Below, piece by piece: positions 52,626 to 64,000 of a stretch of 64,000 nt of DNA. Under the pieces are notes generated by a model. It did not search any database. It saw only the letters and a list, made by a program, of their open reading frames with translations, and was not told where the DNA came from. Source of the DNA: Macrostomum lignano (taxonomy: Eukaryota); contig NIVC01000513.1 of the NCBI GenBank assembly GCA_002269645.1, forward strand, positions 310,001 through 374,000, written 5' to 3'. Numbering within the stretch: the stretch's first letter is position 1; the number at the start of each line of letters is the position of its first letter. Position numbers and translations under genes: made by a program.

Positions 52626-53626
52626 CCCCGCCCTACCACATTATCGAGAAATTGGTCGTAAGAATTATAGGAAACAAAAAAGAAAGAAAACTACTTCGCC
52701 AATAGTTAATAAATCGATAAATTATAATGTGATTTTTTATGTAATTTAAATCAATTATAGTGATCTTTTTTCAAGTATTTTTACATGCAAATATTAAGAC
52801 TTTGTTATAGCTGATAAATTAAAAATTTTCAAATATGTTTCCAAGCGGCTAAAATAATTAACGCCATTTGATTTTGACATATCGGTTTGCCCCATGCCGA
52901 TCACAGCCAAGCTGGCAACCAAGGGTTTGATCAAGGGCAGAGTTTAGAATTTTAAAGATGCTTTTCGGATAAAGATAATAAAGTCCCAAAGCTTTTGAAG
53001 ATCAAACGTATATTAAGCGCAGCAGGTCTATGAATTAAATAAAAAGAAAATTTAGTACAGGGTTCAGAACCCCCGCTGTCTGTTATATACATACAGCCGC
53101 CAAATACTTGTATGCAGCCCCTTCTAATTGGAATTTCTACTTTCGCCACAAAGATTTGCAACTTTCAGTTCTTTCGGACCACCCCGAGTAAAAGTGTAAA
53201 AATTAATTTAGAGCTTAAGTAATAATTAATGTTTCAATGGGTGGATAAATAATTCAATGACAAAGAAAATTATATTTCATATAGAAATGTCTATTAGTTA
53301 CATGAGGACAAAGCTTGGAATTCAATTAGCTCGAATATACAACGAAAACTATGCGGATCACAATTCTGTACAGTATAATTTTGTGTGCATTTGCATTACG
53401 GTAAGGTTACATGTACATAGGAAATCCAACCCTGTGAAACATTCCGAGTTCCAACAATGAAACAGTTAAATAATAAGGCAGATCTAATTCTTATATCAAA
53501 TCTCAACTAATGAATAATCGAATCGAGTCAAGATCAATTCTATATTCCACGAGCAAAACAAACCACAATGAGGTGATTATAGTTACAGTTGCTGAATTCA
53601 AAAGCAAATTGTTACAAAATGACTTC

Positions 53627-59440
<5,814 letters not shown>

Positions 59441-59959
59441 CCTGTAGATTTGACGCTCAATTGAAGTCTTGAATTGCACAACATTGCAGCGCGCGGCTGT
59501 GCTGTATTTATGCGCGATGAGGATTCACGCAGAGGGCGTTCCCAGTTTCAGTTATAACTGAATATTTTTAGCAACTTGGTGATGACTGTGCAGTGCTGAG
59601 CCGGCCAAGATGCCCTGCCTACGGACGCACTTTCCCTCGCCTTGGCTCTTGTCTCTCCACACCCTTAAAGCCTCATCTCCGTCAGCGAACCGGTATGCAG
59701 TGCTCTCCTGCATCCTCTGTCCTCCACATACCTGTGCACATCTCCGCGGACCAATTTAGGGAGGCTATGAACTGGGGCGAGTACAGTGACTCATTGTTCT
59801 CACTGCTCTCCTGAGCATAGGGAACTGCATGCCGCCCACGCCCATCACCAAGGTGGAATAATGAACAGGTAATCTGATGTCTGAAGTTGTCAGAATGAAG
59901 TTCAATCAGCTTCAATGGGTTCTATCTAGCTTTATTAATTACCTTATACACAGGCAGAT

Positions 59960-60550
<591 letters not shown>

Positions 60551-61154
60551 GGACAGACTCTCAGACTATTGGAAAGCAGTTCCACAACAGCAATGCAGCA
60601 CACTGATTTACTTACTCTGCTGCAGCATGGATAGCTATTTCTAGCTAGTAATATCTTATAAAAAAGTAATTTATGCAGGTCTCGCCAACTTGTGCATAAG
60701 CTATCACTCACTGCCTTCCCCGCCACGAAATGCTGAAATTGCATTAATTAATAATCCAATGGAACAAGCGGCAGCGCGGGTGGCAACTGTAAGCCGTACA
60801 GGATGAACTCATAATGCCTAATATGGAGAATTTTTCCTTCATCAAGGATTTGCGCCACACAATTGTTGCACGCGCGTCAATATATTGTTGTATTTTTTGA
60901 CACGTCATTCGTGGACTGACGAACAGCTAGAAGGACCCTTCATACGCTGTATGTACTACTTACTTTTTCTATCAAAAACAACACTTCTGCATGTTGCTGC
61001 ATAACTGAACAAAAAGACAGATGATTGACATATTTATTTGAAGGCTTGATTTTTTCTGCTTTTAGCAGCTCTCGTTGACTCAATGTTTTATCACCAAATA
61101 AGGTACAAGCGGCCATTGATCCTTGATGTTGGTTTCTGTTGCCAGCCAGTCTCA

Positions 61155-63767
<2,613 letters not shown>

Positions 63768-64000
63768 TTCCCGGCTGTCTGGCTGAAATCTCGGGCACAA
63801 AAATGTTCTGCAAAAGCCGCAAACAGCACTAGCTCGAGTTGGCGGTTTTATGCCAGACAGAACCGGTCAGGATTCGCTGATGATCCGGAACTGGATTTCA
63901 GCCAATCGGATGTTGAGGATGTTGAGGTAGTAGGAGGAGGTTAGGAAGAATCCACTGGGTGCCTAAAAATGCAGATTTTCTTTCTTGCCAAATCGCATTA

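Overview
Eukaryotic (animal) genomic DNA with spliceosomal GT-AG introns, GC-rich exons and introns filled with minisatellites. The style is most consistent with a free-living flatworm such as Macrostomum, but that is an inference. I reconstructed the genes by hand from splice sites and reading phase. (1) The 5' part of a myoferlin/dysferlin-type ferlin (-, 8733 to beyond the left edge) carries two 1-bp frameshifts. (2) A complete 11-exon Groucho/TLE corepressor (+, 12632/12644-26825). (3) A 2-exon universal stress protein (+, 28715-33012) whose intron is a 3.6-kb 12-mer array. (4) A decayed Mab-21/cGAS-like nucleotidyltransferase (-, ~39713-40786). (5) eIF1 (-, 44918-48142). (6) An unannotated single-pass membrane protein with a juxtamembrane CxxC and a tail of YxN and ITIM-type tyrosine motifs, resembling LAT/PAG-class transmembrane adaptors (-, 53627-59440). 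(7) A 3-exon prepropeptide encoding a candidate FEPLR-amide neuropeptide (-, 61155-63767). Mobile DNA includes a degenerate piggyBac with a nested insertion, a TTAA-rich foldback, a 2.6-kb Mutator-like element carrying a CCAAT/TATA promoter just upstream of eIF1, a hAT-like MITE, a CORE-SINE, a Ty3/Gypsy RNase H remnant and a foldback with telomeric repeats at its centre. An orphan SLC17-like transporter exon sits inside a ferlin-intron minisatellite. No rRNA, intact tRNA or CRISPR array was found. Most long ORFs in the supplied track are artefacts of tandem repeats.
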